A DNA stretch of 64,000 nt from an archaeon. GTDB lineage: Archaea > Asgardarchaeota > Heimdallarchaeia > Heimdallarchaeales > Heimdallarchaeaceae. The notes under the pieces are model-generated. The model was given only the letters and a program-made list of their open reading frames with translations, did not search any database and had not been told where the DNA came from. This document shows, piece after piece, positions 38,870 through 48,288 of the stretch (the stretch's first letter is position 1; each line of letters begins with the position of its first letter). The stretch covers positions 1,136 to 65,135 of the forward strand of contig DAOVKB010000001.1 in NCBI GenBank assembly GCA_030631995.1, written 5' to 3'. A program made the translations under genes and the position numbers.

Positions 38870-40481
38870 GGAACAGAATGTTATTAAAAAAGACTGGTCT
38901 CCAGAGAAAATCAAAATTGGATTAATCTATCCAAACACATACAGAGTGGCTATGACCAGTTTAGGTGTTCAATTACTGTATTTCCTATTTAATAAGCATG
39001 ACAGCTTTTTATGTGAGCGTATTTTCAAACCTTTAGACCGTAAAATCCCACCTTATTCACTAGAGAGTCAAAGAAAAATTTCCGATTTTGATATTTTAGC
39101 AATCTCATGTCAATTTGAGCACGATTATCTATCAGCAATAGAACTTCTACATAGGGGAGGAATCAATGCAGATGTCAGGAAGAGAACTAAAAACGATCCA
39201 TTGATTATGATGGGGGGGCCATCTCCTACAGCAAATCCATTTCCGGTTTTATTCTTACCAGATATTTTCTTTCTTGGTGATATTGAACCGGTTTATGCAG
39301 AATTATTCCAAGCTTTTGAGAACAAACTAAAAAAGAAAATACTTGAAGCAATTGCATCAGTAAACGGTATTATGGGATTAGAATCTCATTACAATGAAGA
39401 AGGAGAATGGATAGGTGAAAAAATCGAAAGTGTAAAACTCAAAAACATTTCAGACTCATATTACCCGATAAAACAGATAATTCCAGAAAATGTCAAAGGG
39501 ACCAAGAATGAACCAATCTTTGGAAAAGCATTTTATCTTGAAACAGACAGAGGGTGTTCAGAAAGATGTTTATTTTGTTTTACTGGTCATTGTCGTTTCC
39601 CACGAGCAGCTAGAAGTTTTGAAGCACTTACTAAAATTATAGATCAATCTGAAGAAGTAAACAATTTTGAGAAAGTAGTTATTTATGGAAGTGCAGTTGC
39701 TCAATCAGGTAAATTGGATGAGCTAATTGAATACATAGTTTCCAAAGGTTACGAGGTATCTTGTTCTTCCATTCGTGCTGACTATCTAACAGAAGAATTG
39801 ATTGCTGCTCTTCAGAAAGGAAAACAGAGAACTATAGCTTTAGCTCCTGAAACGGGTGATGAAACCCTTCGTTATGCACTAAATAAAAAAATATCAGATG
39901 AAACTATTTTTTCTGCTGCAAAATTAGCCTGGGATAAAGGATTCAGACAACTGAAAATGTATATGATATATGGTTTCCCGTGTGAAAAGGAAGAAGTTAA
40001 GCAAAAAACATACAACTTTGTGAAATCATTAAGGGAACAATACTTTCCTACTGGCAAAATATCTTTGTCCATGAATCAGTTTATTACAAAAGCTCATACT
40101 CCTTTACAATTTTCGAGAATGGACGGTATAGATGAATCAAAAGATAAACAGAAGTGGTATAGAAAAAATATCTATCAACTAAAGAATATCGAATTGTCTT
40201 TATACGATCCCAACTGGGCAATAGTTCAGCGTATTTTATCTATGCGGAACCAAACTTATTTTTCCATCATACATAAGATTGGACAGATAGGAAATACTAT
40301 AGGAAACTGGAAGAAAGCATTAAAAAATGAAAACAAATCATTTGTAGATGAAGCTACTTGGCGTTATAAAGCAGATGAGAATCTACCATGGGATAAAATA
40401 ATCCACAAGCTGGATAAAAAGTTTCTAATAACAGCCTATGAAAAATACTGCGATGCTATGAATTGTCAGGAAGGTTACTAA
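38859..40481 (+). CDS. B12-binding-domain radical SAM enzyme
   Basis: N-terminal B12-binding-like Rossmann region; CSERCLFC (Cx3Cx2C) radical SAM motif. Starts 11 nt inside the upstream NTP-transferase gene (translational coupling). Confidence 0.7.
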   Translation: MLIKEQNVIKKDWSPEKIKIGLIYPNTYRVAMTSLGVQLLYFLFNKHDSFLCERIFKPLDRKIPPYSLESQRKISDFDILAISCQFEHDYLSAIELLHRGGINADVRKRTKNDPLIMMGGPSPTANPFPVLFLPDIFFLGDIEPVYAELFQAFENKLKKKILEAIASVNGIMGLESHYNEEGEWIGEKIESVKLKNISDSYYPIKQIIPENVKGTKNEPIFGKAFYLETDRGCSERCLFCFTGHCRFPRAARSFEALTKIIDQSEEVNNFEKVVIYGSAVAQSGKLDELIEYIVSKGYEVSCSSIRADYLTEELIAALQKGKQRTIALAPETGDETLRYALNKKISDETIFSAAKLAWDKGFRQLKMYMIYGFPCEKEEVKQKTYNFVKSLREQYFPTGKISLSMNQFITKAHTPLQFSRMDGIDESKDKQKWYRKNIYQLKNIELSLYDPNWAIVQRILSMRNQTYFSIIHKIGQIGNTIGNWKKALKNENKSFVDEATWRYKADENLPWDKIIHKLDKKFLITAYEKYCDAMNCQEGY

Positions 40482-40518
40482 GTAGAGAGTAAATCTTTTA
40501 TGATTTCACATTCTAATT

Positions 40519-41196
40519 TTGTTTGAAGAGAGAGTCTATATGAAAGTTGAATTTCCTGAAGATTTATCTGATGCAAGAGAATTTCAGAAAAGGATAGCTG
40601 AAAAAGCGGTAATTAGAGACAGTTTGAAGAAAATCTCAAAAGTTGGAGCATTAGATGTTGCGTATAAGGGAAAACAAGGTTATGTCGCAGGTATTATTTT
40701 TGATGTAGAAAAGAAAGAAGTAATCGAAAAGAGAACACTAAAAGATGATATAGCTTTTCCATACATCCCTACGTTCTTGTTTCTAAGGGAGGTTCCATTC
40801 TTTCTTAAAATCTTACCGAAATTTAGTAATATGCCTGATTTGTTCTTAATAGACGGTCACGGAATTGCCCACCCTTACTTTGCTGGATCTGCAACCATCT
40901 TTGGTGTTCTTGCTAATAAACCTGCAATTGGCGTGGCTAAGAAACCATTAAGATATTTCAGTTATATGCCATCGAAAAATGAAAATACAAAATACATCAA
41001 GGTTAAGGAAAGGGATGTTGGAATCCAATATAGATCAAATGAAAAATGGAACCCAATCTACATCTCACCTGGAAACAAAATATCTATCCAATCCTCTTTC
41101 AGAATAGTAAAGCAAATAATGTCTTCCAGATATAAAATTCCAATTCCCTTGCATTTAGCACATTTAGCAGCCGCGGAATCCAAATCTCTTCTCTAA
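40519..41196 (+). CDS. nfi: Endonuclease V (deoxyinosine 3' endonuclease)
   Basis: DVAYKG...YVAG, FPYIPTFLFLREVP, IDGHGIAHPYFAGSATIFG motifs of EndoV. Confidence 0.8.
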   Translation: MFEERVYMKVEFPEDLSDAREFQKRIAEKAVIRDSLKKISKVGALDVAYKGKQGYVAGIIFDVEKKEVIEKRTLKDDIAFPYIPTFLFLREVPFFLKILPKFSNMPDLFLIDGHGIAHPYFAGSATIFGVLANKPAIGVAKKPLRYFSYMPSKNENTKYIKVKERDVGIQYRSNEKWNPIYISPGNKISIQSSFRIVKQIMSSRYKIPIPLHLAHLAAAESKSLL

Positions 41197-41684
41197 AATC
41201 CACTTTTCTCTTAACGAATTATGCTCTGTTAATACATAATTCTACTATAACGAATAATATCAGCAATAAAATAAAAGTAGTATATTTCAATAAATATTCG
41301 GTTTTTTAATGGATTTGATATTCAATTTTTTGAATCTTCACTCACCTTTAGATACATAGATTGCATCTTTACAGTTGTATTTAGTCCTTGAAATTGCTTG
41401 TCAACGTAATAGATACTATTTTTAAGATGCTTCTACTGTCTAAACTTTCCAAAATTAAGTAAGTGACATAAGCTCTCAAAATAAGATTTTTAGCGGTTAT
41501 AGAAGAAAAGTGCAATTTTTTAAACACTGATGGAAGTTTCAGATTTTTTTTTGTATTTTATGCTTGTGACTTAAAATTGTGATAGATATAACCAATAAAA
41601 CAATATATGAGCTATTATTTTCTGAGTAGATTTTAAATAGATTTAAAAAGAGATTGCTTCGATTTTTAAACAACCTTTAAGGAA

Positions 41685-41939
41685 TTGATATATGTGGCAG
41701 TAGCACTTGAAAATCCGAAATTGAGGCAAGAGCTTTTATCTGATTTACCTCCAAGCGCGATTACAATTTATAAGATAGTTATTGGAAATGGTCCAATCAC
41801 TAGCAGAGAAATTGTCGAAATGTGCAGTTTAGCACCAAGAACTGTTCGTCATGGATTAAAACTTTTAGTAAGAGCTGGTTTAATTCAAAAACTTCCACAT
41901 CTTTTAGATATGAGATCCTGCAAATTCTACGTTGATTAA
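41685..41939 (+). CDS. Small winged-HTH protein (putative transcriptional regulator)
   Basis: 84 aa; PITSREIVEMCSLAPRTVRHGLKLLVRAGLIQK is wHTH-like. The ORF-track start is a TTG; the true start is uncertain. Confidence 0.4.
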   Translation: MIYVAVALENPKLRQELLSDLPPSAITIYKIVIGNGPITSREIVEMCSLAPRTVRHGLKLLVRAGLIQKLPHLLDMRSCKFYVD

Positions 41940-42015
41940 TCAATGAGGAAAACGTGTTTTCCAACTAGTTTCTATTGATTTTTGTTAAAAAAAGAAGTAA
42001 ATGAAGTGAGTGGAT

Positions 42016-44325
42016 TTATACTTCTACATCACTGGAGTGAAATAGAACATCTCTATTTATTGCAGCTTTGAATAATTGCAATAGAAGATCATTTGTTGTT
42101 CTAACAGCAATTGGAACTTCATCAGTAGAAAGAAATGCGAAAATGGCTTCTTGATTACCATCAAGAATTCCACAGTAAACATCTTTCTTTTCATAATGTT
42201 TTAACTTCAAACCTGTGAATCTTTCTGATAAAGGTCTAAGCAGTGTTTGGTGTTTACTTTTATCAAACGATGAGACCAAAGTTATTCGTTGAGCTTTAGT
42301 ATATTGCATCATTTCTTTTAATAACTCTTCATCAACATCAGGAGTAACCAAAAGCAACTCAAATTTAGAACGCATTGCAATATCAGTAACACTTGCTTTA
42401 ATAGCCTCTTCTCCAACAATTATTGATGTGTTATGCTGACCATCGAAGGAATAAGTAGAAGCCGATTTATCTATTTGTCTTAACTCATCTTCTCTAGTAT
42501 TTATGACCTGATAGAATGTCATTGCCTTTTCCATTAATGAATCGAGTTGAGTTACTAAAATTTCATCTACATCCTTGATTACGGCAGCTACTTGTGATAC
42601 TAGAGTATTAATTTGAATTTCTTCCCCTTCAGTAACTTGTTTGATAATTTGATTTTTATTCTCTTCTTTGTAATCCTTCAAGTTCTGTTTTGTATCAGTT
42701 AATTCTTGAGCAAAAGCTTCTTTTTTCGTATTCACTTGCTCATTAAAACTAGTAACAGAAGATTGTAGCTTTTCTTTTAAATCCAAAGCCATTTTTTCAG
42801 AATCTTGTTTTGATTTGTTTAGTTCCTTTATAACATTTGATTGCAACTTTGCTATCACTTGAAATTGATCATTTGCATAGATCTTAACTTCCTTTGTTGC
42901 TTGTTCTTTCATTGCTGTTAATTGCTCTTCTGTTGTTTGTTTCAATTCTTGAGTTACCTGTGAGCATGAATCATACGAAGATCTAGCATATGCTTCAGTT
43001 TGGTTTTGAAGTAAATCCAATAAATCGCTTGGAAGTAAATCGATTTGTTCTAATGTAGCATCTATAAGCTGATTCTTCTTTGTTCTTATTGTAGTTTCAC
43101 CATCAAGTTGGAAATGATCTAGCTGTGATCTGATTTCATCTCTGACTTCATTCAGTGCTAGAACGTGTTGATCGATTAATTGCAGACCACTTTCATTGAG
43201 ATCATTTGCTAAATTTCTAACTGTATCTCTTGCATCTATCAAGGGTGATTCAATTTGCTTCCTTGCCTTTCCTAATTTTAGAACAGCTGAAGAGTCAATG
43301 CTATTAATAGCCTCAGCAATCTTCGAGGACAAGAAATTTGTTTGTCTGTCTATCTGTTCAACACTTCTACGTAATTCTTGGGTTTGTTTTATTTGCTCAG
43401 AGAAAAGATTATTCACGTCTTGTGATAATGCATCAACAATCTTCTTTGATTCATTAATCCAACCCGAATAGGCTTCTTGCCAAACTTTGTTGTAGTTATC
43501 AGAAAAAGATTCTTGGATTTCTGAAATTTTACCTACTAACTCTTTTAGCTCCACATCTATCTCTGGTGCAAGTTTATCTAAGAACTCATGATGATTATCA
43601 GTGTGAGCATCAAGCCCGTTACTAATAATTTTTTTCAGATTGTCGAATGTTTCTTTTGTTTTCCCATCTATTGAGTTTAGTAGCTGCTCACTTTGCTGAT
43701 TTGCTGTGTGATGAAACTGCTTAATGAAAGCGTTAAGCTCTTGAATGTAGGTTTCCAATTGTGTGGAAAATACTAATGGTTGATCCATAATTCTTGTTAA
43801 ATAGCCCTCAACCTCTGCTCGGATTCCTTCAACAAATTCCGAAGCTGAAATCTCTGTTGTATCTGTGAAATCCATATAATTTTGGTATAGAGAATCAACT
43901 ACCTGTTTGATTAGACCACTAACCACGTGGATATCGAAAACAGTTCCTTCACCTGTGAGTTCAAGTGTCCCTCCAAATTTCTCCTTTTTCTCTTTGTATT
44001 CCTCTTTTGCACCTTTAAGAGAGGTAATAACTGCATCTAGAGAGTATAAACCATCCTTTTCAACAACAATGTATTCTTTTAGAAACGGAAGTATTCCAAA
44101 ATAAACAGGAGTTCTCCCTATAGTTTTCTTTAGGAAGCCTAATTCTTCTAAATTCTTAACTGATTGAATGAGTGTAAGAGGATCTAATCCAGTTACGACC
44201 AATAATTCCCCTATTGTAACTTTTCCAAGACCCAATGTAGCAGAATATACTTTGATGTCTGTTTCATTGAATCCTATTCGAGTTAATAATGGAGGAAGAA
44301 TATCAATTTTTGACATTTTATTCAT
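42016..44325 (-). CDS. Large (769 aa) N-terminal wHTH plus long coiled-coil protein with a C-terminal globular domain
   Basis: N-terminal TrmB-like wHTH (DIKVYSATLGLGKVTIGELLVVTGLDPLTLIQSVKNLEELGFLKK). ~450 aa of Q/E/K/S-rich heptad-like sequence. ~150-aa C-terminal domain of unknown fold. Architecture parallels the partial gene at 1..2041. Confidence 0.5.
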   Translation of the reverse strand: MNKMSKIDILPPLLTRIGFNETDIKVYSATLGLGKVTIGELLVVTGLDPLTLIQSVKNLEELGFLKKTIGRTPVYFGILPFLKEYIVVEKDGLYSLDAVITSLKGAKEEYKEKKEKFGGTLELTGEGTVFDIHVVSGLIKQVVDSLYQNYMDFTDTTEISASEFVEGIRAEVEGYLTRIMDQPLVFSTQLETYIQELNAFIKQFHHTANQQSEQLLNSIDGKTKETFDNLKKIISNGLDAHTDNHHEFLDKLAPEIDVELKELVGKISEIQESFSDNYNKVWQEAYSGWINESKKIVDALSQDVNNLFSEQIKQTQELRRSVEQIDRQTNFLSSKIAEAINSIDSSAVLKLGKARKQIESPLIDARDTVRNLANDLNESGLQLIDQHVLALNEVRDEIRSQLDHFQLDGETTIRTKKNQLIDATLEQIDLLPSDLLDLLQNQTEAYARSSYDSCSQVTQELKQTTEEQLTAMKEQATKEVKIYANDQFQVIAKLQSNVIKELNKSKQDSEKMALDLKEKLQSSVTSFNEQVNTKKEAFAQELTDTKQNLKDYKEENKNQIIKQVTEGEEIQINTLVSQVAAVIKDVDEILVTQLDSLMEKAMTFYQVINTREDELRQIDKSASTYSFDGQHNTSIIVGEEAIKASVTDIAMRSKFELLLVTPDVDEELLKEMMQYTKAQRITLVSSFDKSKHQTLLRPLSERFTGLKLKHYEKKDVYCGILDGNQEAIFAFLSTDEVPIAVRTTNDLLLQLFKAAINRDVLFHSSDVEV

Positions 44326-44446
44326 CCTATAATTCTATTCGATATTACTAGTTTATAGTTTCCTACATAAATTTTATTGCATTAATAAGTTAATTTGATT
44401 TGCTTAAAAATCATATACAAAAGGCAATATGAAAATAATGCGAAAA

Positions 44447-45121
44447 TTATTCTTCTGAAACACCAAATTTAGGGCAATATTCTGAAACAAAGCAATTTAA
44501 GCATCGAGGTTTTAGAGCTTTACAGATTTCTCTTCCGTGAGATATTAATAGATGAGTAATTCTTCCCCATTTTTCTGTTGGTATTATTTGCATCAAGTCT
44601 TGCTCAATTTTTATTGGATTTTTATTCTTTGTCCATCCCAAACGATACGAGATGCGTTTGACATGTGTGTCAACAGCTATACCTTCATGAATTTCAAACC
44701 AATCATTCAAAAGTACATTCGCTGTTTTTCTACCTATACCAGGTAATTGAGTTAACTCTTTAATGGAAGTAGGAACTACGGAGTTATGTTCATCGATCAG
44801 TTTTTGAGACATATCCTTGATAAATTTAGCTTTGTTCTTGTAAAGACCAACCTTTGCGATTGCTTTTTCAATTTCATCTAGGGTAGCAGATGCGAGATCT
44901 CGGGGAGAAGGATAGCAAGAGAATAAATCTTTAGTTATTGAATTAACTTGCTTATCTGTGCTTTGAGCACTTAAGATTGTAGCTACCAGTAGCTGATAAG
45001 GAGATGCATAGTTAGCTAAGCCCCCTTTAAACTTAGGATAATGATTTTCCAAAAAATTTAGAATTATCTGATTCTTTCTATTTGATACATTACTCATTAA
45101 AGTTGGTGACTTTGAGCTCAT
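44447..45121 (-). CDS. nth: Endonuclease III (Nth) with [4Fe-4S] cluster
   Basis: HhH-GPD region (LPGIGRKTANVLL). C-terminal Cx6Cx2Cx5C cluster (CKALKPRCLNCFVSEYC). Confidence 0.85.
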   Translation of the reverse strand: MSSKSPTLMSNVSNRKNQIILNFLENHYPKFKGGLANYASPYQLLVATILSAQSTDKQVNSITKDLFSCYPSPRDLASATLDEIEKAIAKVGLYKNKAKFIKDMSQKLIDEHNSVVPTSIKELTQLPGIGRKTANVLLNDWFEIHEGIAVDTHVKRISYRLGWTKNKNPIKIEQDLMQIIPTEKWGRITHLLISHGREICKALKPRCLNCFVSEYCPKFGVSEE

Positions 45122-45338
45122 TTTATACTTTTTGAAGAAAGAGTTCGAATAATAGACAGTTTTGTTTTAGTTCAAGTGTAGTATCTCTAATAAGATTCAT
45201 ATGGTTCTCATTTGATCTACCAGGGATTGATATTTTTGTTTTACCAGAGTAAAATATATGCATGTTCCTTTTGTTCTTTATTTATCTAATGACATAAATA
45301 AAAGCGAGATAGGATTAACACAATATATTTAAAGCAAA

Positions 45339-45956
45339 TTGAACAATGGATTGTATAGAAAAAAGGACAGTGATAGGGGAAAGGCTATGGCTGCAGGACA
45401 AAGAAAAATATTTAAAATTACACTACTGGGAGACGGTGCAGTAGGGAAGACAAGTCTAAGGAAAACATATCTGGGAGAGGGATTTAAAGATGGATATTCC
45501 ATGACAATTGGAGCTGATTTCGCTGTTAAGCGACTACGTATCGATGACCAAGATTTTGTTGCCCAAATTTGGGATCTTGCAGGTCAACAGAGATTCTCAG
45601 CTGTTCGTGAAGTTTATTACCGTGGAACTTCTGGTTGCCTCTTAGTTTTTGATATCTCTCGTCGATCCAGTTTTGAAAACATTCCTTCTTGGATTGCTGA
45701 GCTTCTTAAAAATAACAGTAATCGTGTTGTTCCTATCGTTCTCATTGGTAATAAATCCGATTTAAGGTCTACAGCTAAAGATCCAATCATGCGTGAACAA
45801 GCTGAAGAATATGCTCGCTCTCTTTCTGGTTGGTCTGGTTTTACTGTTCCATATATTGAAACTTCTGCTAAAACTGGAGAAAATGTTGATGAGGCTTTCA
45901 AGACCTTATTGAAAAATATCGTTTTATTCTATGAGAAGCTTTATGCGCAACAATAA
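45339..45956 (+). CDS. Ras-superfamily small GTPase, Rab-like
   Basis: G1 GDGAVGKTS, switch I TIGADF (Rab TIGxDF), G3 WDLAGQQ (WDTAGQE), G4 GNKSDL, G5 ETSAK. The start is probably the internal MAAGQRK. Confidence 0.75.
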   Translation: MNNGLYRKKDSDRGKAMAAGQRKIFKITLLGDGAVGKTSLRKTYLGEGFKDGYSMTIGADFAVKRLRIDDQDFVAQIWDLAGQQRFSAVREVYYRGTSGCLLVFDISRRSSFENIPSWIAELLKNNSNRVVPIVLIGNKSDLRSTAKDPIMREQAEEYARSLSGWSGFTVPYIETSAKTGENVDEAFKTLLKNIVLFYEKLYAQQ

Positions 45957-45971
45957 ACAATTTAGCTTCTT

Positions 45972-46784
45972 TTACTCTTCATTTTTCGCTATCTTTACAT
46001 TCATGGTATCTTCATTAAATGCTGGATGTAAAGAAACAGTTTCATCTTCATTTACTTGTAGTATTTTCATTTGTTCTAGCTCCAGTATATATTTCCTAGT
46101 TTGAGATAATGATACTCCCAGAACAAAAGAAAGTTGTATAGGCGCTATAACTCCCATCCTTCTAAGTAAACTTATAATATTGAATCTTGGATCGGTTGTC
46201 ACTAATCTCTCAAATACTTCTTTTTGGTTTTCCCACAATTTTCTTTCAACATTGATTTCTCCCATTTTATCTTTAAGTTCTTTTTTTTCTGCTTCAATCG
46301 CTACTAGTTGATCTGATAATTCGTAAATTAGTGATTCTCTTTCATCTAAAAGAAGTTTTAACATCTCCTTTTCTCTCTCCCAATCTGGAGTTTCTATGGA
46401 TCCATCAACACTTTTCACATTTGGAGTCTCCATAAACTCTCTCACTTCTTCTGAGAGAGTTCGATCTCTTTGTGATGTAACAGACATCATACTTGAGAGG
46501 AAATTAAATAATCTAAAAAATTCCGATTTCATTTCCGATATTATTTGTTCAGAGGAGTTTTCTAATAACTCGTTAACATACTCAAGCGCGGGTGAAAGCT
46601 CTAGTGTCGAGGTTTTCTTCTTATTGAGAGATTGGAAAATTCCCTTGCTTTCTTTTTGAGTAGATCTAAAATTGTCTTTGATTTCTTTTACTTCTTTAGA
46701 TAGTTTTGATATCTCATCTGCTATTTCTTGAAATTCTTCAGGTTCCTCTGTTCCATTCTCCTCTCTTTCTTCCATTGTTATCAA
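45972..46784 (-). CDS. Acidic coiled-coil protein with C-terminal winged HTH
   Basis: 270 aa. Acidic N-terminus, central coiled coil, C-terminal wHTH-like segment (FNIISLLRRMGVIAPIQLSFVLGVSLSQTRKYILELEQMKIL). Its start abuts the stop of the upstream gene (46784/46785). Confidence 0.4.
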   Translation of the reverse strand: MITMEEREENGTEEPEEFQEIADEISKLSKEVKEIKDNFRSTQKESKGIFQSLNKKKTSTLELSPALEYVNELLENSSEQIISEMKSEFFRLFNFLSSMMSVTSQRDRTLSEEVREFMETPNVKSVDGSIETPDWEREKEMLKLLLDERESLIYELSDQLVAIEAEKKELKDKMGEINVERKLWENQKEVFERLVTTDPRFNIISLLRRMGVIAPIQLSFVLGVSLSQTRKYILELEQMKILQVNEDETVSLHPAFNEDTMNVKIAKNEE

Positions 46785-47621
46785 CTATATTTTTGCTGTT
46801 GATTCTATTTTGAAACCTTCTGCTTCTGAAGGAGATATCTCCAAGTTTTCACTAATGTAAGCTACACCCATCAGTTTTGTTATTGCAAAATTATCCCTGA
46901 TTCTGCTTCCTACTGTAGTTCTAGAGAAGTAGAAAATTCCTTGAGCTGCATTCATGATGATTCTTTCCGCAACTGGATCAAGAATACCTTGTGGTAACAA
47001 GAAGAAATGAATACCTTCTATTTGTTCAAAAGACATAATCGAGTCCTTTAGAAAGGTTATAAGTGCATTAGAATCTTCATCTAATCGATCTTCTTTCATC
47101 CATAAGAGATCATCAAAAACACTGAAGCATTTCTTTTTTTGTGTTTTCTTTACATGGAGCATTCTCTCAATTACTTTTTTTACATATGTTTTGCGTCGAA
47201 CTTCAATCTTACCTAATTTGAGTGCTGAAGCCATAGCTGAACTTGATAAATCAAACATATTCTCGAAATACCAGTTTTTGCCTTCAAAAGGTTTAACATC
47301 CCATGCATATGCTTGAAAAGATCGCAAAACGTGGTTATATGGTCGCCCACTGTGTACATAGAAAATGATATTATCTTCAGATTGTTGAGCCCAATTCAAT
47401 AAAATTCTTTGAACAAACAGAGTAGGAATTACTGTATCAGATGGATAACTAACTAAAATAATGGACCCTTTGGGTAGCCCTCTTCGATTCGATAGCTCCA
47501 TACCAAGCTTTTGATCAAGTGATCGTATTCCAGTTAATATTAGTTCTCCTCTTGAATCTACAGTAGGCTCTTTTTTCCCTATTCTGTCAATTCCTCCTTT
47601 TGAAGCATCTGAATCCATCAA
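46785..47621 (-). CDS. RecA-fold KaiC/RadA-like domain protein with degenerate Walker A (probable pseudo-ATPase)
   Basis: GIRSLDQKLGMELSNRRGLPKGSIILVSYPSDTVIPTLFVQRIL mirrors the KaiC/RadA LDxxLGGGLPxGSxxLIxGxPGTGKTxFxxQFL block. The P-loop glycines and lysine are replaced (YPSDTVIPT). Confidence 0.35.
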   Translation of the reverse strand: MMDSDASKGGIDRIGKKEPTVDSRGELILTGIRSLDQKLGMELSNRRGLPKGSIILVSYPSDTVIPTLFVQRILLNWAQQSEDNIIFYVHSGRPYNHVLRSFQAYAWDVKPFEGKNWYFENMFDLSSSAMASALKLGKIEVRRKTYVKKVIERMLHVKKTQKKKCFSVFDDLLWMKEDRLDEDSNALITFLKDSIMSFEQIEGIHFFLLPQGILDPVAERIIMNAAQGIFYFSRTTVGSRIRDNFAITKLMGVAYISENLEISPSEAEGFKIESTAKI

Positions 47622-47646
47622 ACATTCCTCAATATTAAATGATTCT

Positions 47647-48165
47647 TTAAAATTGTTCTAGTTCCCGCAATGCAAGTTCTAAATCGGAAATAAACTCATC
47701 CTGTACTTTCTTTTCTTCAACTACAACAGGTTGTTGTGCAGGTATTGGTTGAACTTCTGGAGGAGGTACAGGTTTAGCTTCCACATCTAATATATTCCTT
47801 ACTTTTTCTGCGGCAATTTTCATGGTTCTTCTTACCATTCCAAGTGCAACTCCAGTATCAGTAATAAGGCATAATACTGTACTACCACAGCTTGCAACTA
47901 ATATTAACCCCTCTTGAAACTCAGATATGATAATATCTAGCTCTGCTAACCCAACATTTTGACCCTGCTGTTCACTAGCTAAATATACTGCACTAGCGAT
48001 AGCGCCTAAGGCTTCTGTCTCGAATTCATCAAAAGCAAATCGAGAAGAATAAGCTAGTGTTAATCCTGTTTTATCTGCTAATATAACATGATTGATATTA
48101 GCATCACTTGTTATAATTTCATGTAGAATTGTATTTATCTGGTCAGCACCATACAAACAAATCAC
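47647..48165 (-). CDS. Roadblock/LC7 (MglB-like) domain protein with Pro-rich linker and C-terminal helix
   Basis: N-terminal ~120 aa fit the Roadblock pattern (VILADKTGLTLAYS...LGAIASAVYLASEQ...LILVASCGSTVLCLITD); then PVPPPEVQPIPAQQPVV and an amphipathic C-terminal helix. Confidence 0.6.
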   Translation of the reverse strand: MICLYGADQINTILHEIITSDANINHVILADKTGLTLAYSSRFAFDEFETEALGAIASAVYLASEQQGQNVGLAELDIIISEFQEGLILVASCGSTVLCLITDTGVALGMVRRTMKIAAEKVRNILDVEAKPVPPPEVQPIPAQQPVVVEEKKVQDEFISDLELALRELEQF

Positions 48166-48288
48166 CGAGTACGATTTGAAGTCTCTATATGTCTAATTTG
48201 TGCTTACACTATTTAAAGATTTCAACATTGGTATATGCAATTTTTCGATGCAAGGAACTTTTTTAAATTACATCAATAATTTGGATTT

